The translations under genes were made by a program, and so were the position numbers. A stretch of DNA of 64,000 nt from an uncultured Gemmatimonadales bacterium. GTDB lineage: Bacteria; Gemmatimonadota; Gemmatimonadetes; Longimicrobiales; Gaopeijiaceae. The notes beneath the pieces were generated by a model. That model was not told the DNA's origin. It saw only the letters and a list, made by a program, of their open reading frames with translations, and ran no database searches. Shown one piece after another: positions 22,591-33,570 of the stretch; position 1 is the first letter of the stretch, and each line of letters begins with the position of its first letter. The stretch covers positions 64,001 through 128,000 of the forward strand of contig CAWGKG010000021.1 of the NCBI GenBank assembly GCA_963823035.1, in the 5' to 3' direction.

Positions 22591-25282
22591 ATGGAGACAG
22601 AGAGCATACCCGGCTACAGGATCGTCCGGCAGATCGGCCGAGGGGGCGCCGCCACGGTCTACCTCGCCGTCCAGGAGAGCCTGGAGCGCGAGGTCGCGCT
22701 GAAAGTGATCCCCGGCGCGGGCGACGACACGGGCGACGTGGCCGAGCGTTTCCGGCGCGAGGCGCGCACCCTCGCGGGGCTGACGCACCGCAACATCGTG
22801 AACGTCTTCGACGTGGGCACGGTCGACGGCGCCCTGTACCTGTCCATGGAGCACCTCGCGGGGGGAAGCCTACGTGCGCGGGATCCCGGCTCGCTGGCAC
22901 CCGACGAGAGCGCGGGGATCGTGTCGGACGTCGCGGCCGCGCTCCAGCACGCGCACGACATGGGCATCGTGCACCGCGACATCAAGCCGCAGAACATCAT
23001 GTTCCGCGAGGACGGCACCACCGTGCTCACGGACTTCGGCATCGCGAAGGTGGCCGGCGCGAGCGAGCTGACGCAGAACAACACGGTCATCGGCACGCCC
23101 TACTACATGTCGCCGGAGCAGGCGAAGAGCGCGCAGGTCGACGGCCGCAGCGACCTGTACAGCCTGGGGGTCGTGTTCTACTGGCTGCTCGTGGGGCGCC
23201 ACCCCTTCGAGTCCGACTCGCCCTTCGGCCAGATGATGAAGCACCTCACGGAGCCCGTGCCGCGTCTGCCGGCGGAGGTGGCGCGCTTCCAGCCCGTGAT
23301 CGACCGCCTCATGGCCAAGGACCCGGAAGAGCGCTATCAGCGAGGACAGGACCTGGTGGATGCGCTCGACGTCCTGGCTTCGGTGGAGCCGCGGGGGCGC
23401 CCCGGGGCGCCCCCGCCCCCTTCGACCGATCCGGCCCCCAAGCCACCGGGCCTCGCCGCCGCGCGGGTCGGCGGAGGGGTGGTCATGCCGGCGCCATCCG
23501 TGGAGGAATCGCCTTCGGAGGCGACGCAGATCCTCCCGCCCACCGCGTGGAAGCCCGACGGGGAGGATGGGGGGTCGGGAGGGGTGGGGGCCGCCTCGAT
23601 GGACGAGACGCGCCTGCTGAGGTTCGGGTCCGGTGCGACGACGCACCCCGGCGGGGACCTCCCCGTCGCGCTCGCCGTCGTCAGCGCGCGGGAGGCGGGG
23701 CGGGTGGGCGCGCGCATCCCGTGCGGCGCCTTCCCCTTCGTGATCGGTCGGACGGAGGGCGCCGACCTCTCCTTCCCGTCGGACCCGAACCTGTCGCGCA
23801 AGCACGTCGTGATCGACGTGGACGCCGACGGTTTCGTGATCCGCGATCTGAGCACGAACGGGATCTATCTGAACGGCCGGCATCTCCGCGGCGGATCCGA
23901 GCCGCTCTTGTTCGGTTCCTCGATCGTGCTGTCGCGCACCACGTCGCTCAGCTTCGTGACGGACCTTCCGGCACTTCCGGACCTCTCCGGGTCGGCGACT
24001 CGCCGATCGCTACCTCCTCGAGGAGCGGCTCCACGAGAGCATCAAGGCCGCGACGTATCTGGCGCGGGACACGCACCTTCCCCGTGCGCTCGCGGTGAAG
24101 ATCTTCGAGCCCAGCCTGCTCCGCCTGTCGCGGTACCGCGGGGAGTTCCTGCGGCTCGCCGAGCTGGCGGCGCACCTCCAGCACCCGCACATCGTGAGGG
24201 TGCTCGACTTCGGTGAGGTTCCGGCGCCTCCCGACCTCGAGGTGGACACGCTTCCGTACCTGTGCACGGAGTTCATGGAGGGCGGCAACCTCGCGCGCAG
24301 GCTGGACGCCAACGCCACGCCGCCCCTCGCCGACCTGATCTCCTGGACGCGACGGCTGGCCGACGCGCTGGACCACGCGCACCGCAACGAGGTCGTCCAC
24401 GGCGACATCAAGCCCGCGTGCGTGGTCTTCGACCGCGATGATCGGCCCTACCTCACGGACTTCGCCTTCGCGAGCCGTCGGAGCGGGACCGACCCGGACG
24501 CCTCCTCCGCCGTCCTGGGAAGCCCAGCCTACGTCGCCCCGGAGCGGTGGGCGGGACACGCCCCCACCGAGGCGACCGACCAGTACTCCCTCGCCGTGCT
24601 CGCCTACGTGATGCTGACGGGCACGCGTCCGTTCGAGGGGCAGGCGGATCCCGAGGTGCGGCGGCGCAACTTCCTGCGGGGGCCCTTCCCGGCGCACGAC
24701 GAGGCGGTGCGCGCCGGCCGCGAGGGCGTCCCCAGGGCGGTGACGGACGTGCTGGCCCGCGGGCTCAGCGTGGATCCCCTCGATCGCTTCGAGTCGGTGC
24801 TCGACTTCAGCGAGGCCTTCGAGCGGGCGCTGACGCTGCGGCGGGGCCGCGATCGGCCGCGCGTCTTCCTGAGCTACCAGCGCGCGGCGAGCTCGGGGTG
24901 GGCGCACCACTTCCGGGACAAGCTCGAGAGCGTCCACCTCGTGTCGGTGTTCGTCGACACGCTGGCGAAGGACGGCGCGCCACGCATCCCGGACCGCCTG
25001 CGCGAGGAGATCACGGGGTGCGACGTCTTCGTATGCCTGCTCGCGCCGGAGACGTTGACGTCCGACTGGGTGCGCCAGGAGATCCAGATCGCCGTGGAGA
25101 GCGGCAAGCCGATGGTGCCCGTCTTCCACGAGGAGTTCAGGCCGGGTGAGGATCAGGCGCACGGAGACGCCGACGTCGAGGCCCTCCTCGCCTACGACGC
25201 GGTGCACCTCCTCGATCGGCGCAACATCCACGTCGAGCACACCATCACGGAGTTGGCCGAGCGGATCAGGAAGCTGATCTGA
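22591..25282 (+). CDS. Ser/Thr kinase - FHA - second (pseudo)kinase - TIR domain protein (one +1 frameshift near 23995)
   Basis: Kinase 1: IGRGG, VALK, HRDIKPQN, DFG, GTPYYMSPE. FHA: VIGR, LSRKH, DLSTNG. Kinase 2: LAVK, HGDIKPAC, DFA, YVAPE. TIR: VFLSY, VFVD, DVFVCLL, SDWVRQE, KPMVPV. Confidence 0.88.
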
Positions 25283-25314
25283 CGCGTGGTGCGATCCCGG
25301 CCGATCCGTCTTCC

Positions 25315-25354
25315 TTGACGTACGTATCCATCTCGGATATATCTGGCATGGATA
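25315..25354 (+). promoter_or_regulatory. Sigma70-like promoter overlapped by two tandem TATC(C/T)-N5-GGATA operators
   Basis: TTGACG at 25315-25320 and AT-rich TATAT about 17 bp later. TATCCATCTCGGATA (25325-25339) abuts TATCTGGCATGGATA (25340-25354), directly upstream of padR. Confidence 0.65.
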
Positions 25355-25382
25355 AATCGACACCCCCGTCAGGAGCCCCTCC

Positions 25383-25733
25383 TTGGTGCGCTCGTCCGAA
25401 CCCCGGGCCGTTCCGCTTCGTCCTCCCGTCTACCACATCCTCCTGGCGCTCATCGGTCGTGACCGTCATGGGCTGGGGATCGCCGACGAGATCGAGCGTG
25501 CGTCGGAGGGAACGGTGGAGTTGGGGCCGGGCACGCTCTATCGCTCGCTCGCCGAGATGGCCGGGGACGGCCTGATCCGCTCGGTGAAGGCGCCGTCGTC
25601 GGACGCCGACCCCAGGCGGAAGTACTACCGGATCACGCCGACCGGTAGGGACCTGCTCGCGGCCGAGACGGCGCGGCTCGGGAGACTGGTGGAGGCCGCG
25701 CGGGCACGGGGCGCGCTGCCGGAGCAGGCGTGA
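25383..25733 (+). CDS. PadR family transcriptional regulator
   Basis: YHILLAL...HGLGIADEI...LGPGTLYRSL...RRKYYRIT.TGR winged helix. Confidence 0.93.
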   Translation: MVRSSEPRAVPLRPPVYHILLALIGRDRHGLGIADEIERASEGTVELGPGTLYRSLAEMAGDGLIRSVKAPSSDADPRRKYYRITPTGRDLLAAETARLGRLVEAARARGALPEQA

Positions 25734-28413
25734 CGCGTCGGCGCACCGATTGGCACGTGCGCGCCTTCGCGGCGCTGCTGAGGCTCTACCCGGCGTGGTT
25801 CCGGGCGGAGCACGGTGAGGAGATGACGACCCTCTTCCGCCAGCGGCTCGAGCGGGCGGAGGGAGGGGGCGGGAGGGTCCGGCTCTGGTGGCGGACCCTC
25901 GGTGACGCGGGGTCGACGGCGTGGGCGCTGCGCCGCATGGACTCGGAGGGAGGGGGGCTTCACATGGGAACGCTGCTGCAGGACGTCCGCTACGCCGCTC
26001 GTCACCTGATGCGCTCGCCGCTGTTCACCGTGGGCGCGGTGGCGCTGCTGGCCATCGGCATCGGTGCCAATACCACGGTCTTCACCGTGGTCGACGGGCT
26101 CATCTTCCGGCCGCCGCCATGGAGCCACCCCGAGGAGGTCGTGCACGTCTATCAGGACTCGGACGACGGCGAGCCCAGCTCCAGCTCCTTCCCCGCGGCG
26201 CGCGACATGGGGCGCTCCGACGTCTTCCGGGCGGTCGCGGCCACCACGCCGTCCTCCGCGACGTGGGAGGGCCCCGACGGCCTCGAGCGCGTCTCGACCG
26301 AGTACACGACGTCGACCTACATGGACGTGCTCGGGCGCTCCGTGCAGCGCGGCCGCTGGTTCGGTCAGGCGGAGGACGTGGTCGGCGCCGCGCCCCTCGC
26401 CGTGGTCAGCGCGGCCACGTGGCACGCCCGCTTCGGTAGCGACCCGGACGTGGTGGGGCGCACGATCCGCCTGAACGGCCAGCCGGTCACGATCGTCGGC
26501 GTGGGTCCCGAGGGCCTCACGAGCACGATCACCCCGCTGCTCACGGATTTCTGGCTGTCGATCTCGGCCACGCCGGTCAGTGGCGACTTCCAGGTCGCGA
26601 ACCTCGAGCGTCGATCGGACCACTGGTACGAAGTGCTCGCCCGCCTCGCGCCCGGCGTGACCGTGCAGCAGGCCCAATCCGCCATGGACGCGCTGGCCGC
26701 CCGCCTCGCCGAGGACTACCCCGAGTTCAACAAGGGGCGGGGCATCACCGTGTTCGCGTCGAAGGACGTGCGCATGCATCCCCAGGGGGACGGTCCGCTC
26801 TTCCTGGCCGGCGGCCTCCTCGCGGCGGTGGTGCTCACGATCCTGCTGCTGGCGTGTGCGAACCTCGCGAACCTCCTCCTGGTGCGAGGTCTCAGCCGGT
26901 CGGGCGAGACCGCGGTGCGCGCCGCGCTCGGTGCTCCGCGCGGGCGTGTGGCCCGCCTCTTCCTCCTCGAGTCGCTCCTGCTGTCCGTGATGGGCGGGGC
27001 GATCGGGCTGCTGCTGACCCGCTGGGCGCTGGCCGCCATCCCCGCGCTCCCCCTCGCCGGCGTGATCGGCGGGACCCTGGAGTTGGGCATCGACCGGCGC
27101 GTCGCGCTGTTCTCCGTGGCGCTCATGGCACTCACGGGCATCCTCTTCGGGCTCGTCCCCGCCATCCGCTCCGTCCGGGCCGACGTCGCGAGCGTGTTGC
27201 GCGACGACCGCCGGAGCCGGCTCCGCGGACCGCGGCACCAGGCGCCTGCGAAGCCTCCTGGTGGCGGTGCAGGTGGCGGCGTCCCTCGTGCTCGTGCTCG
27301 GGACCGGCCTGATGGCCAGGAGCCTGAGCAAGCTCCAGACGGTGGACCCCGGCGTGGACGTCGACCGCGTGGCCTGGCTACGCCTGGACTGGGGCCGAGC
27401 CGGCCTCGAGGGCGGGCAGGTACGCGCCGCGCTCGACGAGCTGCGCGAGCGGATGGCCGCGCTCCCCGGGATCACACGGGTCGCGCTCGCCTCCCGGCTT
27501 CCAGCCGAGCGCTCCGGGACGACCACCACCGAGGTGGAGGGGTACACGCCCCCGGCCGGCACGGACGCGGTGGAGCTGGCGTTCTCGCTGGTCACCGACG
27601 GCTACTTCGAGACGATGGGGATCCCGCTCGTCGCGGGCCGTCTCTTCGGCGGCGACGACGTGCCGGGGGACGGCGGGGTCTCCATCCTCGTCAACGAGGC
27701 GGCGGCCCACCGCTTCTGGGGCGACGCCGACCCGATCGGCCGACGGATGCGCGGGCAGGGCTCGGAGCGATGGACGCGCACGGTCGTCGGCGTGGTGGGT
27801 GACGCGCCCGTGTCGAGGCTGGGGGAGTCCCCTCGGCCGATGTTCTACCTACTCGACGCGTCAGACCTCCTTCGCGCCGAGCTACGTCGTCGCCCGCACG
27901 AACGGTGAGCCGGCAGCGATCCTCGCGCCGATGCGCCGAGCGCTGGCGGAGGTGCAGCCCTCCGTGGTGGTGAGCCAACAGGGCACGCTGGCGACGCACT
28001 TCGGCGCCACGCTTTCGGCGCCCCGCCTGGCCGCGCGCGCGATGGGCGCCTTCTCGGCGCTCGCGCTGCTGCTGGCCGGGCTCGGAATCTACGCGGTGGT
28101 GAGCTTCAGCGTGGCCCGACGCACTTCGGAGCTCGGCATCCGCCTGGCCCTCGGCGCCGAGCGCTCCGGCGTGGTGCGCATGGTCGTGCGCGAGGTGGCG
28201 GGCGTGGTTGTCGCGGGGTTGCTCGTCGGCGTCGTCGTATCGGCGCTGGCCGCATCACGGTTGGGCGGGCTCCTGTACGGCGTGGACGCGTTCGACCCGC
28301 TCTCCTTCGGAGGGGCGGTGCTCGTGCTCCTGGCGGTGGCGTGGGTCGCGGCGTACCTGCCGGCGCGCAGGGCGTCGCGGGCGGATCCGGTGGAGTCGCT
28401 GCGCGCGTCCTGA
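25730..28413 (+). CDS. Duplicated (ADOP-type) MacB/FtsX ABC permease (frameshifts near 27215 and 27850)
   Basis: LLRLYP..FR prefix, QDVRYAAR, LAIGIGANTTVF, LLACANLANLLL, VQVAASLVLV, GIYAVVSFSVARRTSELGIRLALGA, PARRASRADP. Confidence 0.92.
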
Positions 28414-28438
28414 GCGCGGCCGGGCCGAGAGCGGGGCT

Positions 28439-29906
28439 CTACCTCCGCGTCAGCGTAAGCCCCGCCGCATCGACGCGTGACACCCGCCCGTCGGCCCCGG
28501 TCGTGAAGGAGAACGTCATGCCGGAGACCCGTCCGATCGCGCGGTCCCCGGCCGGGAGGACGATCTCCTCCCTCTCGAGGTAGCCGGGGGACTCCGCGTA
28601 GAGGGACGAGCCCTCCCGGGTGAGGGAGAGCGTAACCGGGGGCTGATCCGACGCGAACTCTCCCACGTAGGCTTCGAGCGCCGCGGCGTCCATCGGCAGC
28701 GCGTCGATCTCCCGCGGCCCGTAGTCCGGCCAGCCGTACTCGGCCGCCACGGAGAGGAGGATCTCCCGCGCCAGCGCGCTGCCGGCGTCGCTGTTCGTCA
28801 TGACCGCCGCGCCCCGGCCGAGCTCCGGAAAGTAGATGAGCTCGCAGCGGTAGCCCTCGTTCGCGCCCCCGTGCCCGAAGTGGAAGCCTCGTCCCTCGCC
28901 GCCGATCCCCGGCCCGAGGCCGAAGCCGGCGAACTGGGGCGTGAGCATCTCCATCGCGACAGGTCGGGACAGGATGCCACCCGGCTCGCCGGCGCGCGCG
29001 GCGGTGATCGCGATCGCCCACTTCAGGAGATCGGTGGGCGTCGTCCACAGTCCGGCCGCGGCCATCTCGGGATAGGTGTGCCACCGCCCCTCCACCTCGG
29101 CGCCGTCCGATCGGTATCCGACGGCCGCCTCGCCCCGACGGGACTGGGGGAGGGGCTGCTCGTAGGTGGAGCGCGTCATCCCGGCGGGGTCGAGCACCAG
29201 GCGCTTCATGAGCTCGGGGAAGGGCTCGCCGGTGACGTCGGTCATGGCGAGCTGCTCCACGGTGACGCCGCCCCCCGAGTACCGCCCGATGCGTGCCGGG
29301 CACGGTGTCGACCCGCACCGGTGGCGTGTTCGCGGGCGCCTCGCCGTCCAGGATCTGGGGAACGGTGGGGACCGGAGCGCCGGGCGCGTAGCCCGGGAAC
29401 CCGTGGACGGTCAGCCCAGCGCTGTGCGACACGATGCGACGGAGCGTCACGGGCGAGCGTCGGGTGAAGCCGTTCTCGGGCACCTTCCAGCTGGTGAGGA
29501 AGTCGTTGACCGGGGCGTCGAGGGAGAGCTTCCGCTCCTCGACCAGACGGAGCATCCCGGTGGCGGCCACCGGCTTGGAGATCGAGGCGGCCTGGAAGAG
29601 CGTGCCCGCCGTCACGGAGTCCGCGGTGCCGGCCTCCTTCACGCCGAAGCCGTGCGCCCAGACGATGCGACCGCTGTCGGCCACCGCGATCGAGACGCCC
29701 GGCACGTGGTAGCGCTCCATGCGGTCGGCCAGCGCGAACGAGGACTCGGGCCGGCCTTTCACGACGATGCCCGGCCTCAGCGCTTCCGTGACGCGCGCCA
29801 TGGCCGCTTCCTGGGAAGCTCCCGTGGTCGTGCTCGTGTCGCGTCCCGTGCAGGCGGCGGCGAGGGTGGCGAGTGCGACGGACAGGATCCGCAGGGACGC
29901 GCGCAT
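28439..29906 (-). CDS. Beta-lactamase-fold serine hydrolase lipoprotein (frameshift near 29290)
   Basis: Lipobox LAAAC, VPGVSIAV, FQAASISK, SHSAGL.VHGFPGY, YPEMAAAGLWTTPTDL, HGGANEGY. Confidence 0.9.
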
Positions 29907-30062
29907 GACGGCTCTCCCGGAGATGTTGGAGGTGGAGGCCAAGATTCCGGCGGTGGGCGTGGCTGGCAAGGCTCGGCTCACGTTTCCCGGCCCCGCTGCC
30001 GATACCACCGGTGACGCTACGTGCACGATCGTCACCTGCCATCCAGTCGGAGGGTCGTTTCG

Positions 30063-30597
30063 ATGGCCCAGTTCGTCGCGATGTCCGCCCATGCCGAGGT
30101 CAACGGGGAATCCGTCCGGTCGGTGATCCTGGGCATGGGCGCGTTCCAGCGCCGCGCCGTCTCGATCCTGAGCGCGCACGGCATCGACGACCCCACGCCG
30201 GGGCAGGGTATTCCCAGCAGGGTTGGCTGGACGCCTTCCGGCACATCGCCGACGAGATCGGGCCGAACGTCCTCTACCAGATCGGGATGAAGATCCCCGA
30301 GGTGGCGAACTTCCCCCGCACATCCGGACCGTCCACGACGCCCTCGAGGCGATCGACGTCGCCTACCACATGAATCATCGCGGCGGCGAGATCGGCCACT
30401 ACAGGTGCGAGCCCGCGGGGCCCACCGCCGCGCGCATCCTGTGCGACAATCCCTACCCCTGCGAGTTCGATCGCGGGATCATCCAGGCCATGGCCCGGCG
30501 CTTCGCCGGAGGCCGGTCGGTGAGCGTCCGCCACGACGAATCGCACACCTGCCGGAACCAGGACTCGGAGTCCTGCGCCCACGTGGTGACCTGGTAG
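30063..30597 (+). CDS. V4R/HNOX-like small ligand-binding hypothetical protein (two frameshifts)
   Basis: Reassembled from three frames: EVNGESV, YSQQGWLDAF, IDVAYHMNHRGGEIGHY, NPYPCEFDRGII, HD...CR....SC...VTW. GGAGG RBS. Confidence 0.65.
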
Positions 30598-30640
30598 TTC
30601 GCCTCCCCGATTCTCGGTCCCTCGCCACGCGGCGCGGCGC

Positions 30641-32976
30641 TCAGCCCTTCTTCATCGACAGGCCGATGCGGTTCCGCTCGACGTCGACCTCGAGCACGCG
30701 CACCTGCACGTGCTGGCGCACGCGCACGACCTCGTTCGGGTCCTTCACCCAGCGGTCGGAGAGCTGGCTGACATGGACGAGGCCGTCCTGGTGGACGCCC
30801 ACGTCCACGAAGGCGCCGAAGGCCGTGACGTTGGTCACGACGCCGGGGAGCACCATCCCGGGCCTCAGGTCGCCGATGGCGTGGACGTCCGCGAAGGCGA
30901 ACGTCTGGAACGGCGGGCGGGGATCCCTCCCGGGGCGCGCGAGCTCCTCGAGGATGTCGAGCAGGGTCGGACGGCCCACCCCGTCGCCCACGTAGCGGTC
31001 CGGGTCGATGCGGTCGCGGCGGCCCGCGTCTTCGAGCAGCTGCGCCACCGTGCAGCCGGCGTCGCGCGCCATGCGCTCGACCAGGGTGTAGCGCTCCGGG
31101 TGGACCGCGCTGGCGTCCAGTGGATGCGTCCCACCGGTGACACGCAGGAAACCCGCTGCCTGCTCGAAGGCCTTCTCCCCGAGCCGCGGCACCTTCATCA
31201 GATCGCGGCGCGTGCGGAAGCGGCCGTGCTCCTCCCGCCAGCGCACCACGTTCTTCGCGAGCGCCGGGCCCATTCCCGCGACGTACGTGAGCAGCGGGGC
31301 GCTGGCCGAGTTGACGTCGACGCCCACCGCGTTCACGCAGCTGGTCACCGTATCGTCCAGCGCGGACTTCAGCGCGACCTGGTCGACGTCGTGCTGGTAC
31401 TGGCCCACTCCGATCGACTTGGGGTCGAGCTTGACGAGCTCGGCCAGAGGGTCCTGCAGGCGACGCCCGATCGAGACTGCGCCCCGGACCGTGAGGTCGT
31501 GGTCGCGGAGCTCCTCACGCGCCACCTCGCTGGCGCTGTAGATCGACGCGCCGGCTTCGTCGACCGCGATGATCGGGAGATCCAACGCGAGCTCGCGCAG
31601 GAACGCCTCGGTCTCTCGCCCGGCCGTGCCGTTGCCCACCGCGAAGGCCTCCGGGGAATAACGGTCGACGAGGTCGCGGACCACGCGCGCGGCCTCCTCG
31701 CGGCCGCCCTGCCCGACGGTGGGAAAGACGGTCGTGTTGTGCAGCAGCGTTCCCTGGGCGTCGAGCGCGACGACCTTGCAGCCCGTGCGGAAGCCGGGGT
31801 CGATCGCGAGGATCCGCTTGTCGGGGAAGGGTGGCGCCATCAGGAGCTCGCGCAAGTTCGTCACGAAGACCCGGATGGCGTCCGCGTCGGCGCGCTCCTT
31901 CGCGTCCTTCAGCGCCTCCCGCTCGAGGCTGGGAAGGAGGAGCCGCTTGTAGGCGTCGTCGAGCGCGAGCTCCACCTGATCGGTGGCGAAGCCCCGCCCG
32001 CGTAGATACCGGCGCCTCATTCGCACCAGGGCGTCGCTGTCGTCGGGCCGGGCGTGGACGCGCAGGAAGCCCTCGTTGCTTCCGCGCAGGATGGCCAGCA
32101 CCCGATGGGACGGCGCCCGGGACAGAGGCTCGGACCAGTCGAACCAATCCCTGAACTTTCCCGCCTCCGCCTTCTTCTTCTCGATCACGGACGAGGAGAG
32201 CACCGCGCGCTGGACGAAGAGCGTGCGCAGCTCCGTCCTCACCTGGGCGTCCTCGCTCACCTCCTCCGCGATGATGTCCCGCGCCCCGCTCAGGGCGGCC
32301 TCGCGGTCGGGGTGATCCGAGAGGTCGATGCGCGCTCCCGTCTGCGCCATGAGGGCCCGGGCCAACGGCTCGTAGCCGGCCTCCCTGGCTGCCGTCGCCC
32401 GGGTGCGGCGTTTCGGGCGATAAGGGAGGTAGAGGTCCTCGAGGACGGTCGCACTGGGCGCGGCCGCGATCCGCGCGCGCAGCTCCTCGTCGAGGAGGTC
32501 CCGCTCCGCGAGGGAGGCGAGGATCGCGGTTCGGCGCTTGTCGAGCTCCGCGAGCTGCGCCATCCGGTCCCGGACGGTGGCCACCGCCACCTCGTCGAGC
32601 GAGCCCGTGGCCTCCTTCCGGTAGCGCGCGATGAAGGGCACGGTCGCGCCGTCCGCCAGGAGGCGGGCGGCGGCGCGGACGCGCCCGACGTCCACGCCCA
32701 GCTCGCCGCGACGACGGCGGCGTGATCGGAGGCGAGGATCGCGGTTCGGCGCTTGTCGAGCTCCGCGAGCTGCGCCATCCGGTCCCGGACGGTGGCCACC
32801 GCCACCTCGTCGAGCGAGCCCGTGGCCTCCTTCCGGTAGCGCGCGATGAAGGGCACGGTAGCGCCGTCCGCCAGGAGACCGGCGGCGGCGCGGACCCGCC
32901 CGACGTCCACGCCCAGTTCGCTCGCGACGACGGCGGCGTGATCGGAGGCGGCATGTGCGGGTTCTTTCGGGGGCAT
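30641..32976 (-). CDS. tex: Tex family RNA-binding transcriptional accessory protein, N-terminal domain duplicated
   Basis: GATVPFIARYRKEATG.LDE, LEDLYLPY, IDPGFRTGCK, GNGTAGRET, AVSIGRRLQDPLAELVK, C-terminal S1 (GAFVDVGVHQDGLVHVS). Confidence 0.95.
32513..32950. repeat. Tandem direct duplication of about 216 bp in the tex 5' region
   Basis: Copy 32513-32727 and copy 32728-32943, bounded by GGAGGCG at 32513, 32728 and 32944. The copies differ by 5 substitutions and 1 indel. Confidence 0.92.
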
Positions 32977-33049
32977 CCTCAACTCACGGAAGTCGGCCAG
33001 AGAGTAGGAGAAAGATGGTAGCTCATGTAGAGGTAGTGGTAGAAGGTGA

Positions 33050-33393
33050 CGAGCAGGTATAACTTCTTGTCGATGAAGCTGCCCGAGATCACAGGTAGTA
33101 GTACGGGTTGTCACGCACGATGCGCTCGAGCTGAGGCTTCTTCTTGGACCGGTAGTCGGGATGCGATCGCAGCTCCACCCCGCGATCCCCTCGACCTCGG
33201 AGAGCACGGGCTCGTAGATCAGCAGCTCTTCGACGTCTCCGTTCTCGATCAGGCAGTAGTACGACTGGCATAGAACTACTCGAGCACCTCCACGTACAGG
33301 TCGCGGTTGCCGCTGGCTCCCCCGCTGCCGGTATGGAAGAAGTTCTGCCGGTTGGACTGGTCGATCATGTGGTGGTCCGAGAAGATCACGTAT
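33050..33393 (-). pseudogene. Degraded calcineurin-like metallophosphoesterase fragment
   Basis: YVIFSDHHM (DxH) ... NRDLYVEVLE* then, frame-shifted, YYCLIENGDVEELL (GDxE). Contains an in-frame stop and shifts, with lower GC than the flanks. Confidence 0.55.
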
Positions 33394-33570
33394 TAGCCAC
33401 GACGGAGACGCCAATCGAACAGGACCGCCGCGCCGACATCAAGGGGGCGAGGGAGGAGCGCCGTAGCCGGCGTCCCCCCCTTCGTGTCCAGTCCTCCGCC
33501 GATTCGACGCCTGGAGGAGTAGGTGGCGCGAGACCCCGCGCGTACCCGATCCTCCCGGAGGCGAAAGCCC

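Noticed and set aside
32290..33414. 374-aa ORF as a novel N-terminally extended Tex fusion
   Set aside because: It strings together pseudogene remnant sequence, the first Tex repeat and out-of-frame Tex sequence.
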